From NCBI GenBank assembly GCA_963786235.1, contig CAWAYJ010000017.1, positions 245,855-309,854 of the forward strand: DNA of 64,000 nucleotides, in the 5' to 3' direction. The notes beneath the pieces were generated by a model. The model saw only the letters and a list, made by a program, of their open reading frames with translations. It searched no databases and was not told the origin of the DNA. Origin of the DNA: an uncultured Gemmatimonadales bacterium. Lineage in GTDB: Bacteria; Gemmatimonadota; Gemmatimonadetes; Longimicrobiales; RSA9. Position numbers and translations under genes: made by a program. This document shows, in pieces, positions 10,089 to 20,100 of the stretch. Every line of letters starts with the position of its first letter. The first letter of the stretch is position 1.

Positions 10089-10659
10089 CGGATTTCCAGC
10101 GGGCGTTGCTCGCGGACCTCGCCGCGAGCGCGACGGGCGACCGTTATCTCGCGGGCGGCGCCGCACTGCACTTTGCGCCGAACACGACGCGCTACAGCGA
10201 CGACCTCGACTTCTTCCACGACTCCGAAGCCCGCGTGGCCTCGGCCTTCGCGGCCGACCGCGAGCAGCTCGGGCGGGCCGGCTACGCCGTGGACGTCGAG
10301 CTGAGCCTGCCCGGGCTCATTCGAGCGACCCGGGGTTGACGCCGCTTTCGCTGCTCGAGCTGCTCGAGCGGAGGGGCCGGTATCGGCCCGAGGACTTCGC
10401 CCGGCTGAATCTCGTCGAGCCGTTCGACCTGAAGCGGAGCCGGGAGACGTGGCTCGCGGCGCTGACGGAGGCGGAGGCGTTCGTACGCGAGCGGCCGCAG
10501 GAAGAGTACGGCTGTCTGTACTATTCCATGCGCATGCGCCGGTTCGTCGTGCCACGCGCCAATGCGAGCCTTGCGGCACAGGAGATCGTGCCCCATTTCG
10601 GTGCCCCCGGCGGGGTGGTGCCTCGCATGGCGGACGCCCGCGTCGAGGGCGTTGGCTGA
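10079..10659 (+). pseudogene. AbiEii/AbiGii-family nucleotidyltransferase toxin, with internal deletion and frameshift
   Basis: The N-terminal 86 aa match 14636..15454 and then hit a stop (..LIRATRG*). The C-terminal part (DPGLTPLSLLELLERRGRY...) continues in another frame (track ORF 10042..10659). About 80 codons present in copy B are missing. Confidence 0.75.
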
Positions 10660-10671
10660 AGTCAGCTGCAA

Positions 10672-11180
10672 TCTGAGAAGGACGGCTGGTACTGGCTGTT
10701 CTTCGGCGCCAACGACATCCAGAACGACGAGCAGGTCGGCGGGATCGGAGTGGCGCGCGCGCGTTCATCGGCGGGTCCGTTCGAGGACTGGCTGGAGAAG
10801 CCGCTCATCGACAGGTTCCACAACGGCGCGCAGCCGATCGACCAGATAGTGTTCCGTGACGCGGACGGCGCCTGGTGGATCGTCTACGGTGGCTGGCGGC
10901 ATTGCAACATCGCGCGGCTGAACGACGACTTCACCGGCTTCGTCCCGTTCCCGATGGCAGCACGTTCAGGGAGATCACGACCGAGGGCTACGTCGAGGGC
11001 GCGTTCATGCTGCTGAAGGACGGCAGGTACCATTTCATGTGGTCCGAAGGCGGCTGGACCGGCCCGGACTACGCGGTCGCGTACGAGATCGGCGGCTCGC
11101 GGTTCGGACCCTTCGAGCGGATCGCCAGGATCCTGCAGCAGGATCCCACGGTGGCGACGGGCGCCGGTCACCACTTCGTG
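10672..11180 (+). pseudogene. GH43 glycoside hydrolase fragment, 5'-deleted and frameshifted
   Basis: Track ORFs 10750..11016 and 10875..11249 together reproduce the middle of the GH43 gene at 15502..16983 (GPFEDWLEKPLI..., YVEGAFMLLKDGRYHFMWSEGGWTGPDYAVAY) in two frames. The N-terminal catalytic part is absent. Confidence 0.75.
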
Positions 11181-11206
11181 GCATCCTGTGCGCCATCCGC
11201 CCGGCG

Positions 11207-12316
11207 TCAGCGAATGAGCCGCAGAGTCAGGATCTGGACGGACATGTAGCCATCAGCGTCTTCATGGATTGCCGTGAGTCGACCGTCGTCCAGGAATGCC
11301 TGAGCAACCGAGTTGGGCAGGGACAGGCGCTGGTGGACAATCACTTCCCCTGTTGATGGATCCAGCACACTAATGATCGCGTCAAAGCTGGCGGCGAGCC
11401 GCGCCGGACTGAAGTAGTCCCGAGGCAGGGGGGATCCGGGTTCGACGGGGCGGAATGGATCCGGTTTGGAAGGATCCTGCAGTACCGTCGCCACCCATAG
11501 CAGCCCGGTAGCGGAATCCTGCCAGAGTGATCGCGCCCGTGTCAGAGGCTCAGCCGACTCCGATTTGGCAAACACGCCTCCCAGATGGCGGGCCCAGCCC
11601 GGATCCCATTTCAACGTGCTTTGGTGGCGACCATCCAGACTCCACAGCGAGAACTCCATCGGTGAATCAACCAACCAGACCTCCGACAGACTCCTGGCAG
11701 TGGCCACGTCCGTAATGCCCGGCGAAGTCGTGATGCCGTCACCGAGGGCCACGACAAAACGCCCGGAATGAAGCTCATAGACGCGAATTTCGTGACGGTA
11801 ACTTCCCTCCGCTTGCCGCAGCACTTCCGGTACCGCCACCAAGCTGTCGCCGACGGCCGTGATATCAGCGGGTGATGAAGGAATACCGCGGACCACCCGT
11901 TGAAAGTGCCCAGCCGGATCGAAAACATGGATCGCGCCACGGAGATCCTGGATCAGGATGTCACCGGATCGTGTCGTCGCGACCTTCATCGCCTGAGAAA
12001 GCTCCCCGGGGCCATTGCCCGACCGACCCAAGGTTCCCAACAGGACGCCGGCGGAGTCATAGGTGAGCGCGCCCGCCGTCGGCATGAACGGAGATACGAC
12101 GTAGAATTCCCCGCTACCTCCAGCCGCAACATTGCTCAACCCCGCTATGCCGACGCTGTCCGAGCGCGAACCGAGAATCACGCGGCTACGGACCCTGACT
12201 TCGCACGTTCCACACGATGGCACTCCCGACACGCGTATGGCCACGGGCAACTGAGCGGCAAGGCTTCCAGCCGATAGAACTAGCAGGCCGACAGCCTTGA
12301 AGGCTGCATCCATCAT
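11207..12316 (-). CDS. NHL-like 6-bladed beta-propeller protein, secreted (paralog 1 of 9)
   Basis: Signal MMDAAFKAVGLLVLSAGSLAAQ and the GRSGNGPGEL motif. The C-terminal strand ..SVQILTLRLIR is shared with the paralogs. Its start overlaps the stop of 12313..12837 as ATGA. Confidence 0.75.
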   Translation of the reverse strand: MMDAAFKAVGLLVLSAGSLAAQLPVAIRVSGVPSCGTCEVRVRSRVILGSRSDSVGIAGLSNVAAGGSGEFYVVSPFMPTAGALTYDSAGVLLGTLGRSGNGPGELSQAMKVATTRSGDILIQDLRGAIHVFDPAGHFQRVVRGIPSSPADITAVGDSLVAVPEVLRQAEGSYRHEIRVYELHSGRFVVALGDGITTSPGITDVATARSLSEVWLVDSPMEFSLWSLDGRHQSTLKWDPGWARHLGGVFAKSESAEPLTRARSLWQDSATGLLWVATVLQDPSKPDPFRPVEPGSPLPRDYFSPARLAASFDAIISVLDPSTGEVIVHQRLSLPNSVAQAFLDDGRLTAIHEDADGYMSVQILTLRLIR

Positions 12317-12837
12317 TCGCGAATCCACTCGGCCGCTGCCCGTTGTGCCAATGTCTGTCCCAACCACCTGGATACATGCCGATCAAGGTCGATCTGGACG
12401 GTGGCACCTCCGCAGGTACGTAGGTCCAGCAGTGCGCGCGCCTCATCGAAATCCGCTCGACCATCCTCGACATACGTGGCAAGAGCAACGATATCGCCAC
12501 CCTTGACGGCGGACGACACTTCCGCCAGCGTTTGCCCGCAGTTCGCGGCCGGACAGTTTCCTTCGTGCGGCACCAGAGGATCATAGCAGTAATTCTCGCT
12601 GGCGTCGCACACTCGGCAGCCGGGACTCCGGGATGGCTCGTCGCAACCGTCCTCGCCGTGCCACCAGTGCGCCGGTCTGCCGAAGTAGTAGCCCTCAGAA
12701 CAATTCGCACAGACCGAGTAGCCTGGCTCGCGCCCCAGCACCTGCTGGGCATGAACTCTGTTGGCGCCGCAGACCAGGACTGGGACCAGCGGCGCGAGGG
12801 AGACGAGTGTACGCTTGACTGGGTGCATCATTCTCAC
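12313..12837 (-). CDS. Secreted Cys/His-rich protein, family member A
   Basis: Signal ...VCGANRVHAQQ. Motifs: CANC, HWWHGEDGC, CRVC. The C-terminal domain has a single Cys (LDLRTCGGATVQIDLD). The architecture matches 30007, 53784 and 54514. Confidence 0.65.
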   Translation of the reverse strand: MRMMHPVKRTLVSLAPLVPVLVCGANRVHAQQVLGREPGYSVCANCSEGYYFGRPAHWWHGEDGCDEPSRSPGCRVCDASENYCYDPLVPHEGNCPAANCGQTLAEVSSAVKGGDIVALATYVEDGRADFDEARALLDLRTCGGATVQIDLDRHVSRWLGQTLAQRAAAEWIRE

Positions 12838-13042
12838 CTCCTGTGAAGGCCGTCTGGCGGAAGCCGAACGCGAAGCGCAGCCAGGTGTCCCGGTACTCCT
12901 TGACGCGCTCAGACCCGATGCGACGGATCCAATTTACGCCCCGGTGCGGCCATCTCCAAAGGCGAATGCGACAGATGCTCCGGCAAACGCGACATCCTCT
13001 GGCTCGCTGAACGAGCTGGGGCGACGCCGGGAAAGGCTGTCG

Positions 13043-13834
13043 TCACCAACGTGGCCGCATCAGCGCAGCGAGCCCCTCGGCAAGGCTGGTGCGGCCAACC
13101 AGCGCGGGAGACAACTGCCGCCTCCCGTGACTGGATTGTCGGAGGAGGCGCGCCGAGTCGGCGCCCGGACATGCGCCGATCAGCCGGAGCGCGGTACCCT
13201 TTAGCATCTGCGGGTCCGCGTCCGCATGGTTGCCCAGTGCGGCCCAGGACGATGCGTCGGGGAACGCGTCCAGAGCCCACAGCAGTACCATGGCATCCAG
13301 GAAGAACCTGGGTGTTATCCCGGACGCGAAATCTCGTGCGAACCACCGCTCGAGCGTCCGGACGGTCGTGGCTACGGCTCGAGCCCACGCCGCAACCGTG
13401 CGTATCGGTGGATCTGTGCCGGCCGCCCCGAGCAGAGCCGCCGTCGTTCGTTTCGAACAGACCACACTACGTCGGATGAAGCGGGCCATGCGGCTCCGGA
13501 GGCTGTCCCACGGTGCTTGCACGGCCTTCGTCAATTCGGCACGCGCGTGGCGAAACCACACGATCGCGTCGGCGAGGTTGGGTGCCACGATCGCGTTCTC
13601 GCCCTCCAACCTCGTGACCAGCACGAAACGCGTCCATGGATGGGCGCTCCGCAAGGCGCGCAGCTCGGGAGCGCCCGGCGCCTCGGCCAGCCATTCCTGC
13701 ACGGCCACGGCGGTATCAGCCCGGCGAACGCTCTTCGCGAACGCCGGCCACTTCTCGTGAAACTCCGCCGCAACTCCGATTGCCGGCTCGACCAGGTCTC
13801 TGAACCTCGGCGGACAGTACACTGCGACTCGCAT
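13043..13834 (-). CDS. Putative transcriptional regulator: receiver-like N-domain plus AraC-like HTH
   Basis: MRVAVYCPPRF... is a paralog of 28862, 61864 and (C-terminal half only) 51864. The C-terminal segment IRTVAAWARAVATTVRTLERWFARDFASGITPRFFLDAMVLLWAL resembles the AraC HTH_18 domain. Confidence 0.6.
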   Translation of the reverse strand: MRVAVYCPPRFRDLVEPAIGVAAEFHEKWPAFAKSVRRADTAVAVQEWLAEAPGAPELRALRSAHPWTRFVLVTRLEGENAIVAPNLADAIVWFRHARAELTKAVQAPWDSLRSRMARFIRRSVVCSKRTTAALLGAAGTDPPIRTVAAWARAVATTVRTLERWFARDFASGITPRFFLDAMVLLWALDAFPDASSWAALGNHADADPQMLKGTALRLIGACPGADSARLLRQSSHGRRQLSPALVGRTSLAEGLAALMRPRW

Positions 13835-13901
13835 GATGGCCTCCGTGAGCGCAGTTCACTCGATTCACAACCACCTCCCCGAGAAATGTGGAGCCTCCGC
13901 T

Positions 13902-14285
13902 CCCACGGCGAGCGCGTTCGACGGCAATCGCTACGTCTTCGGCTACATCACGACGAAGACGGTCTCGCTGGACACCCGCGTCAACTGGACGTTCACGCCG
14001 GACCTCACGCTGCAGCTGTTCGCGCTGCCGTTCATCGCCAGCGGCGACTACTCCTCCTTCCGCGAATTCGCAGCGCCGCGCACGCTCGACAAACTCGTGT
14101 ACGGACGCGACGCCGGCATGATCTCGTACGACGACGCGGCGTCCACGTACCGGGTGGATCCGGACGCGAGCGGACCGGCACAACCATTGGGCGACTTCGA
14201 CTTCGGCCGGGCGCGCACGGCCATCTTCCGGCAGCGGCCGCTGAACGTGTTCCAGGTCAAGGCGACGTACTGGTTCGGGCGCTGA
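13902..14285 (+). pseudogene. 3' remnant of a DUF5916 gene (duplicate of the 9220..9728 region, with an internal deletion)
   Basis: It encodes PTASAFDGNRYVFGYITTKTVSLDTRVNWTFTPDLTLQLFA...NVFQVKATYWFGR, matching the C-terminus of 7008..9728. It lacks the segment RPFTFDNPDF...QQRAGDDPV and the whole N-terminus. Confidence 0.8.
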
Positions 14286-14324
14286 GCGCGGCACCTCCCC
14301 GATCCGGGACCTCGACCAGAAGAG

Positions 14325-14375
14325 TCATGATATCATGATCTCATTATTGATTTTAGATCATAAACGGCTTATGCT
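14325..14375 (+). promoter_or_regulatory. Perfect 14-bp palindrome TCATGATATCATGA plus promoter TTGATT-N17-TATGCT, immediately upstream of the ATG at 14382
   Basis: Palindrome at 14325..14338, -35-like hexamer at 14347..14352, -10-like hexamer at 14370..14375. Only 6 nt separate the -10 from the ATG and no SD is present, which suggests a leaderless transcript. Confidence 0.45.
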
Positions 14376-14381
14376 AGTGCC

Positions 14382-14645
14382 ATGAAGGACGTCAAGCGGT
14401 ACCTGGCGCAGATCGGCTCACGGGGCGGCCGCAAGAGCCGGCGGACCCTGGACCCCGAGACGGCCCGGACGATGGTGCGGGTGCGTGAGGCGCGACGGGC
14501 GTTTCGTCGCTTTCGGACGATGTGCTTCTGGTCGTGCCGGCCGGATCTGGAGATCGGCGTCGATGACGTTGCCTGGGTTGCGGAGCAACTGATGAAGCAT
14601 GGCAACCGGGACGCCTGGAACGCGGGGGTCCGGCTGTGCCGTTGA
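14382..14645 (+). CDS. Small putative antitoxin-like protein of the AbiEii module
   Basis: 87 aa with a basic N-terminal segment. It overlaps the downstream AbiEii start by 10 nt. Confidence 0.55.
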   Translation: MKDVKRYLAQIGSRGGRKSRRTLDPETARTMVRVREARRAFRRFRTMCFWSCRPDLEIGVDDVAWVAEQLMKHGNRDAWNAGVRLCR

Positions 14646-15454
14646 CGGGTTTCCAGCGGGCGTTGCTCGCGGACCTCGCCGCGAGCGCGACGGGCGACCG
14701 TTATCTCGCGGGCGGCGCCGCACTGCACTTTGCGCCGAACACGACGCGCTACAGCGACGACCTCGATTTCTTCCACGACTCCGAAGCCCGCGTGGCCTCG
14801 GCCTTCGCGGCCGACCGCGAGCAGCTCGGGCGGGCCGGCTACGCCGTGGACGTCGAGCTGAGCATGCCCGGGTTCATTCGAGCGGTCGTCCGGCGAGAAG
14901 AGCAGGCTACACGGGTGGATTGGGCGCACGACTCGGCGTGGCGGTTCATGCCGCTCGTTCGAGACCCCCTGGGCGGGTTGCTCCTCCATTCGGTTGATCT
15001 GGCGGTCAACAAGACGCTTGCGCTGGGCGGACGGGATGAGCCTCGCGATTTCGTGGACATCCTCTTCGTGCACGATCGCATACTGCGCATTTCGGCGCTC
15101 TGCTGGGCCGCTGCGGGAAAGGACCCGGGACTCACCCCGCTCTCGCTGCTCGAGCTGCTCGAGCGGAGGGGCCGGTATCGGCCCGAGGACTTCGCCCGGC
15201 TGAATCTCGTCGAGCCGTTCGACCTGAAGCGGAGCCGGGAGACGTGGCTCGCGGCGCTGACGGAGGCGGAGGCGTTCGTGCGCGAGCGGCCGCAGGAGGA
15301 GTACGGCTGCCTGTACTACTCCACGCGCTTGCGCCGGTTCGTCGTGCCACGCGCCGATCCGAGCCTTGCGGCACAGGAGATCGTGCCCCATTTCGGCGCC
15401 CCCGGCGGCGTGGTGCCTCGCATGGCGGACGCCCGCGTCGAAGGCATGGGCTGA
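14636..15454 (+). CDS. AbiEii/AbiGii-family nucleotidyltransferase toxin
   Basis: FQRALLADLAASATGDRYLAGGAALHFAPNTTRYSDDLDFFHD matches the family signature (GGTAL..R.S.DLDFF). Full length, 272 aa. Confidence 0.8.
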   Translation: MPLTGFQRALLADLAASATGDRYLAGGAALHFAPNTTRYSDDLDFFHDSEARVASAFAADREQLGRAGYAVDVELSMPGFIRAVVRREEQATRVDWAHDSAWRFMPLVRDPLGGLLLHSVDLAVNKTLALGGRDEPRDFVDILFVHDRILRISALCWAAAGKDPGLTPLSLLELLERRGRYRPEDFARLNLVEPFDLKRSRETWLAALTEAEAFVRERPQEEYGCLYYSTRLRRFVVPRADPSLAAQEIVPHFGAPGGVVPRMADARVEGMG

Positions 15455-15501
15455 AGCTGCAATCGTTCGACTCACATTGGTTCCTTTCCCGGAGATGTGT
15501 G

Positions 15502-16983
15502 ATGGGCCAACCACCGAGGATCCGCCGTGCGCTCGTCGTCTGCGTCCTCGCGCTGGTGCCGGGCGCGACCGTGCTCGCGCAGCAGAGCCGGTCCGGCAAC
15601 CCGATCCTGCCCGGCTGGTACGCGGACCCCGAGGCGCACGTCTTCGACGGCCGGTACTGGATCTTCCCGACGTACTCGGCGCGCTACGACGAGCAGACGT
15701 TCCTGGACGCGTTCTCGTCGCACGACCTGATCACGTGGACGAAGCACGAGCACGTGCTCGATGCCGCCAACGTGAAGTGGGCGCGCCGCGCGATGTGGGC
15801 GCCCTCGATCATCGAGAAGGACGGCTGGTACTACCTGTTCTTCGGCGCCAACGACATCCAGAACGACGAGCAGACCGGCGGCATCGGCGTCGCCCGCGCG
15901 CGCACGCCGGCGGGTCCATTCGAGGACTGGCTGGGCAAGCCGCTGATCGGCCAGTTCCACAACGGCGCGCAGCCGATCGACCAGATGGTGTTCCGCGACG
16001 CGGACGGCGCGTACTGGATCGTCTACGGCGGCTGGCGGCACTGCAACATTGCGCGGCTGAACGACGACTTCACGGGCCTCGTCCCGTTCCCCGACGGCAC
16101 CACGTTCAAGGAGATCACGCCCGACGGGTACGTCGAGGGCGCGTTCATGCTGATCCGGGATGGGAAGTACTACTTCATGTGGTCCGAGGGCGGCTGGACG
16201 GGACCCGACTACGCGGTGGCGTACGCGATCGGCGACTCGCCGTTCGGCCCGTTTCAGCGGATCGGCAAGATCCTGCAGCAGGATCCCGCGGTGGCGACGG
16301 GCGCCGGTCACCACTCCGTGCTGCATTCGCCGGCGTCGGATCGCTGGTACATCGTCTACCACCGGCGGCCGCTCGGCGAGACCGACCGGAACCACCGCGC
16401 CGTGAGCATCGACCGGCTCGAGTTCGACGAGAACGGCCGGATCCGGCCGGTGAAGATCACGTTCGATGGCGTCGCCGCGGACCCGCTTCCCGGCGTGCGC
16501 CAGGACACCCGACAGGAGGCACGCATGGGCGCGATCGGTCTGGAAGACCTCGCCGGTGAATGGACGGGCACCAACAAGCTGTGGGTCATGCCCGGCGAGC
16601 CCGTCCGCGAATCCGATGCCTCCGCATCGGCGAGCCTGGTCGGACAGGGCCAGTTCCTCATGGTGCGCTACACTTGGGCCGAGGGCGGCAAGCCGCAGGA
16701 CGGCACGCTGCTGATCGGGACGGCGTCCGGCGAGAAGCCGGTGGACATCGTGTGGCTCGACTCCTGGCACATGCGCAACGACGTGATGCGGCTCCGCGTG
16801 GAACCGGCCGGCGACGCGCTGCTGAACGTGCTCGGCAGCTACCCGGCGCCGACCGGACCCGATTGGGGCTGGCGGATCGTGCTCCGGCCCGAGTCCCGTG
16901 ACGCGTTCCGCATGCTGATGTACAACATCAAGCCGGGTGGGCCGGACGTGCTGGCGGTGGAAGCGGCGTACACGCGGCGCTGA
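15502..16983 (+). CDS. Glycoside hydrolase family 43 with a fused C-terminal domain of about 150 aa (possibly DUF1579-like)
   Basis: Signal ...ATVLAQQ. GH43 motifs: NPILPGWYADPE, WAPSIIEKDGWYYLFF, YVEGAFM..DGKYYFMWSEGGW. The C-terminal domain begins at the in-frame ATG 16525, which is preceded by AGGAGG. Confidence 0.85.
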   Translation: MGQPPRIRRALVVCVLALVPGATVLAQQSRSGNPILPGWYADPEAHVFDGRYWIFPTYSARYDEQTFLDAFSSHDLITWTKHEHVLDAANVKWARRAMWAPSIIEKDGWYYLFFGANDIQNDEQTGGIGVARARTPAGPFEDWLGKPLIGQFHNGAQPIDQMVFRDADGAYWIVYGGWRHCNIARLNDDFTGLVPFPDGTTFKEITPDGYVEGAFMLIRDGKYYFMWSEGGWTGPDYAVAYAIGDSPFGPFQRIGKILQQDPAVATGAGHHSVLHSPASDRWYIVYHRRPLGETDRNHRAVSIDRLEFDENGRIRPVKITFDGVAADPLPGVRQDTRQEARMGAIGLEDLAGEWTGTNKLWVMPGEPVRESDASASASLVGQGQFLMVRYTWAEGGKPQDGTLLIGTASGEKPVDIVWLDSWHMRNDVMRLRVEPAGDALLNVLGSYPAPTGPDWGWRIVLRPESRDAFRMLMYNIKPGGPDVLAVEAAYTRR

Positions 16984-17115
16984 CGATCGCCGCTCGAGAG
17001 CCGCGCGGACCGGTACGGACTCGCCACGCCGTCCCGCCATGAGAGCGGCCGGTCCCCGTCGACTGGACCGGCCCACGGCCCCGACCTATGATCCAGCCGG
17101 GCTCACCATTCCCGG

Positions 17116-20100
17116 ATGATCGATAGAGGTCGAACCATGATTGGCTTGCCGCGCATTTCCCGTACCCCGTCTTCCCGATTCCTCGTCGTCTTCGCACTGC
17201 TCGCGCTGCCGGCCGGCTCCGCGCCGCTCGTCGCGCAGCAGATGGCGCCCGACACGCTGAAATCGTCCGACGTGTCCGCCCTGAAATTCCGCAACCTGGG
17301 CGGCGCGTTCATGAGCGGCCGCATCGTCGAGGTCGCCGTCGATCCGACGGACAGGGCGACGTGGTACGTCGCATCCGCGTCGGGCGGCGTGTGGAAGACG
17401 ACGAACGCGGGCAACACGTTCGATCCGATCTTCGACCATTACGGCTCCTACTCGATCGGCACAGTGGCCATCGATCCGAACAATCCGGCCACCATCTGGG
17501 TCGGCACGGGCGAGAACAACTCGCAGCGCTCCGTCGCGTACGGCGACGGTATCTACAAGTCGCTCGACGGCGGCCGCTCGTTCGAGAACATGGGCCTGAA
17601 GACGTCGGAGCACATCGCACGTATCCTCGTCGATCCGCGGAGCTCCGACCGCGTGTTCGTCGCGGCGCAGGGCCCGCTCTGGAGCGCGGGCGGCGAGCGC
17701 GGCGTGTACCGCACGGAGGACGGCGGGCAGACGTGGGAGCAGGTGCTCGCGGTCGATGAGAATACCGGTGCCACGGACCTGCTCATGGACCCGCGCAACC
17801 CGGACGTGCTCTACGCCGCGACGTACCAGCGGCGCCGGCACGTGTGGACGCTGATCGACGGCGGTCCCGGCTCCGGCATCTGGAAGAGCACGGACGGCGG
17901 CGACACGTGGCGCAAGATCGAGTCCGGCATCCCGGGCGGCGACAAGGGCCGGATCGGTCTCGCGCTCGCGCCCTCGGACCCGGACATCCTGTACGCCATC
18001 ATCGAGCTGCCCGAGTACTCCGGCGGGTTCTACCGTTCGATGAACGGCGGCGAGAGCTGGGAGCGGCGGAGCGACCACGTGTCCGGCAGCCCGCAGTACT
18101 ACAACGAGATTTACGTGGACCTGAAGAATCCGGACGTGGTCTACTCGCTCGACACCTACACGATGATCACGGAGGACGGCGGGCGCACGTTCTCGCCGCT
18201 GGGCGAGACCGACAAGCACGTGGACAACCACGCGCTCTGGATCGATCCCGACGACGGCAACCACCTCCTCGAGGGCTGCGACGGCGGCCTCTACGAGACG
18301 TGGGACCGCGGCGCGACCTGGCGCTTCTTCACCAACCTGCCGCTCGCCCAGTACTACAAGACGGCGGTCAGCTACGGCGAGCCGTTCTTCTACGTGTACG
18401 GCGGCACGCAGGACAACGCGACGCACGGCGTGCCGAGCGGCACCATGAACACGCACGGGATCCGGAACTCCGACTGGTTCACCACCGTGTTCGGCGACGG
18501 CTTCGGCCCCGCGGTCGACCCGAGCAATCCCGACATCGTGTACTCGGAGTGGCAGTACGGCGGCCTGGTCCGCTACGACCGGAAGTCGGGCGAGGCGGTG
18601 GACATCAAGCCGCAGGAGAGCGCGGACGGCCCGCCGCTCGTCTGGAACTGGGACTCGCCCATCCTGATCTCGCCGCACAACCCGTCGCGGCTCTACTTCG
18701 GCGCGCAGATCCTCTTCCGGAGCGACGACCGCGGCGACTCGTGGACCGCGATCTCGCCCGACCTCACGCGTGGCCTCGATCGCAACAAGCTGGAGATCAT
18801 GGGCCGGGTCTGGAGCGTGGACGCCGTCGCCAAGAACGCGTCCACCTCGATCTACGGCAACCTCACGACGGTGAGCGAATCGCCCGTCGTCGCGAACCTG
18901 CTCTACGCCGGCACCGACGACGGCCTCATCCAGGTGAGCGAGGACGGCGGCGCGAACTGGCGGAAGATCGAGCAGTTCCCCGGCATCCCGGACCGCACCT
19001 ACGTCAACGACATCGAGGCGTCGCAGACCAATGCCAACACCGTGTACGCCGCGTTCAACAACCACAAGATGGGCGACTTCAAGCCCTATCTGCTGGTGAG
19101 CCGGGACCGCGGCCGGACCTGGCGCTCGATCGCCGGCAACCTGCCGGAGCGCGGCTCCGTCTACACGGTCGTGCAGGACGACGAGGTGCCGAGTCTCATG
19201 TTCGCCGGCACCGAGTTCGGCGTGTTCGTCACTCGCGATGAAGGCAACAGCTGGACGAAGATGGGCGGTGGCCTGCCCACCATCGCGATTCGCGACCTCG
19301 TGATCCAGCGCGACCAGGACGCGCTCGTCGCCGCATCGTTCGGCCGCGGCTTCTGGATCCTCGACGACTACGCGCCGCTTCGCACCGTCGGCAAGACCGC
19401 ACAGGACGCCGAAGCGCATTTCTTCCCGATCAAGCCGGCGAAGCTCTACGTCCGCGTCACGCCGCTCGGCGTGACCGGCAAGGCGTTCCAGGGCTCCGAT
19501 TTCCACACGGACCCGAACCCCACGTTCGGCGCCGTATTCACGTACAACCTGAAGACAGCGCTGCAGACGAAGAAGGCGGAGCGGCAGGCGGAGGAGAAGA
19601 AGCTCGAGAAGGACGGCAAGGACACGCCCTACCCGTCGTGGGACGAGCTCAAGGCCGAGGACCGCGAGGAGGAGCCGGCCATCGTGCTCACGGTGCGGGA
19701 TCAGGATGGCGACGTGGTGCGACGCATCACCGGTCCGGTTTCCGCCGGCGTGCACACCGTCTCGTGGGACCTCACGTATCCGGGCTTCACGCCGGTCAAC
19801 GCAAACACCGGCTCCGACGGCAACGGCCCCAGCGTCGTGCCCGGCCGCTTCACGGTCGAGCTTGCGCGCCGCGTCGACGGCGAGTTCGAGACGCTGACCG
19901 ACCGTGTGCCCTTCCAGGTCGAGGCCATCGGCGTGCACACGCTGCCGGTGCCGGACCGTGCGCAAACGCTCGCGTTCTACCAGCGAGCGGGCGACCTGCA
20001 GCGTCGCGTGATGGGCATGAACGCCGCCCTCGGCGAGGCGATGCAGAGCATCCAGGCGATGAAGAACGCCGCCATGCGCGATCCCGCGGGTACGCCCGAG

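Larger units (their letters stand above)
9220..11180 (+). repeat. Segmental duplication, copy A (partner 13902..16320)
   Basis: Direct nucleotide similarity, read by eye, from ...cccacggcgagcgcgttcgacggcaatcgc to ...ggcgccggtcaccac. Relative to copy B, copy A carries internal deletions in the AbiEii and GH43 genes. Confidence 0.85.
13902..16320 (+). repeat. Segmental duplication, copy B (partner 9220..11180)
   Basis: See copy A. Copy B keeps intact AbiEii and GH43 genes but only a deleted 3' remnant of the DUF5916 gene. Confidence 0.85.
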
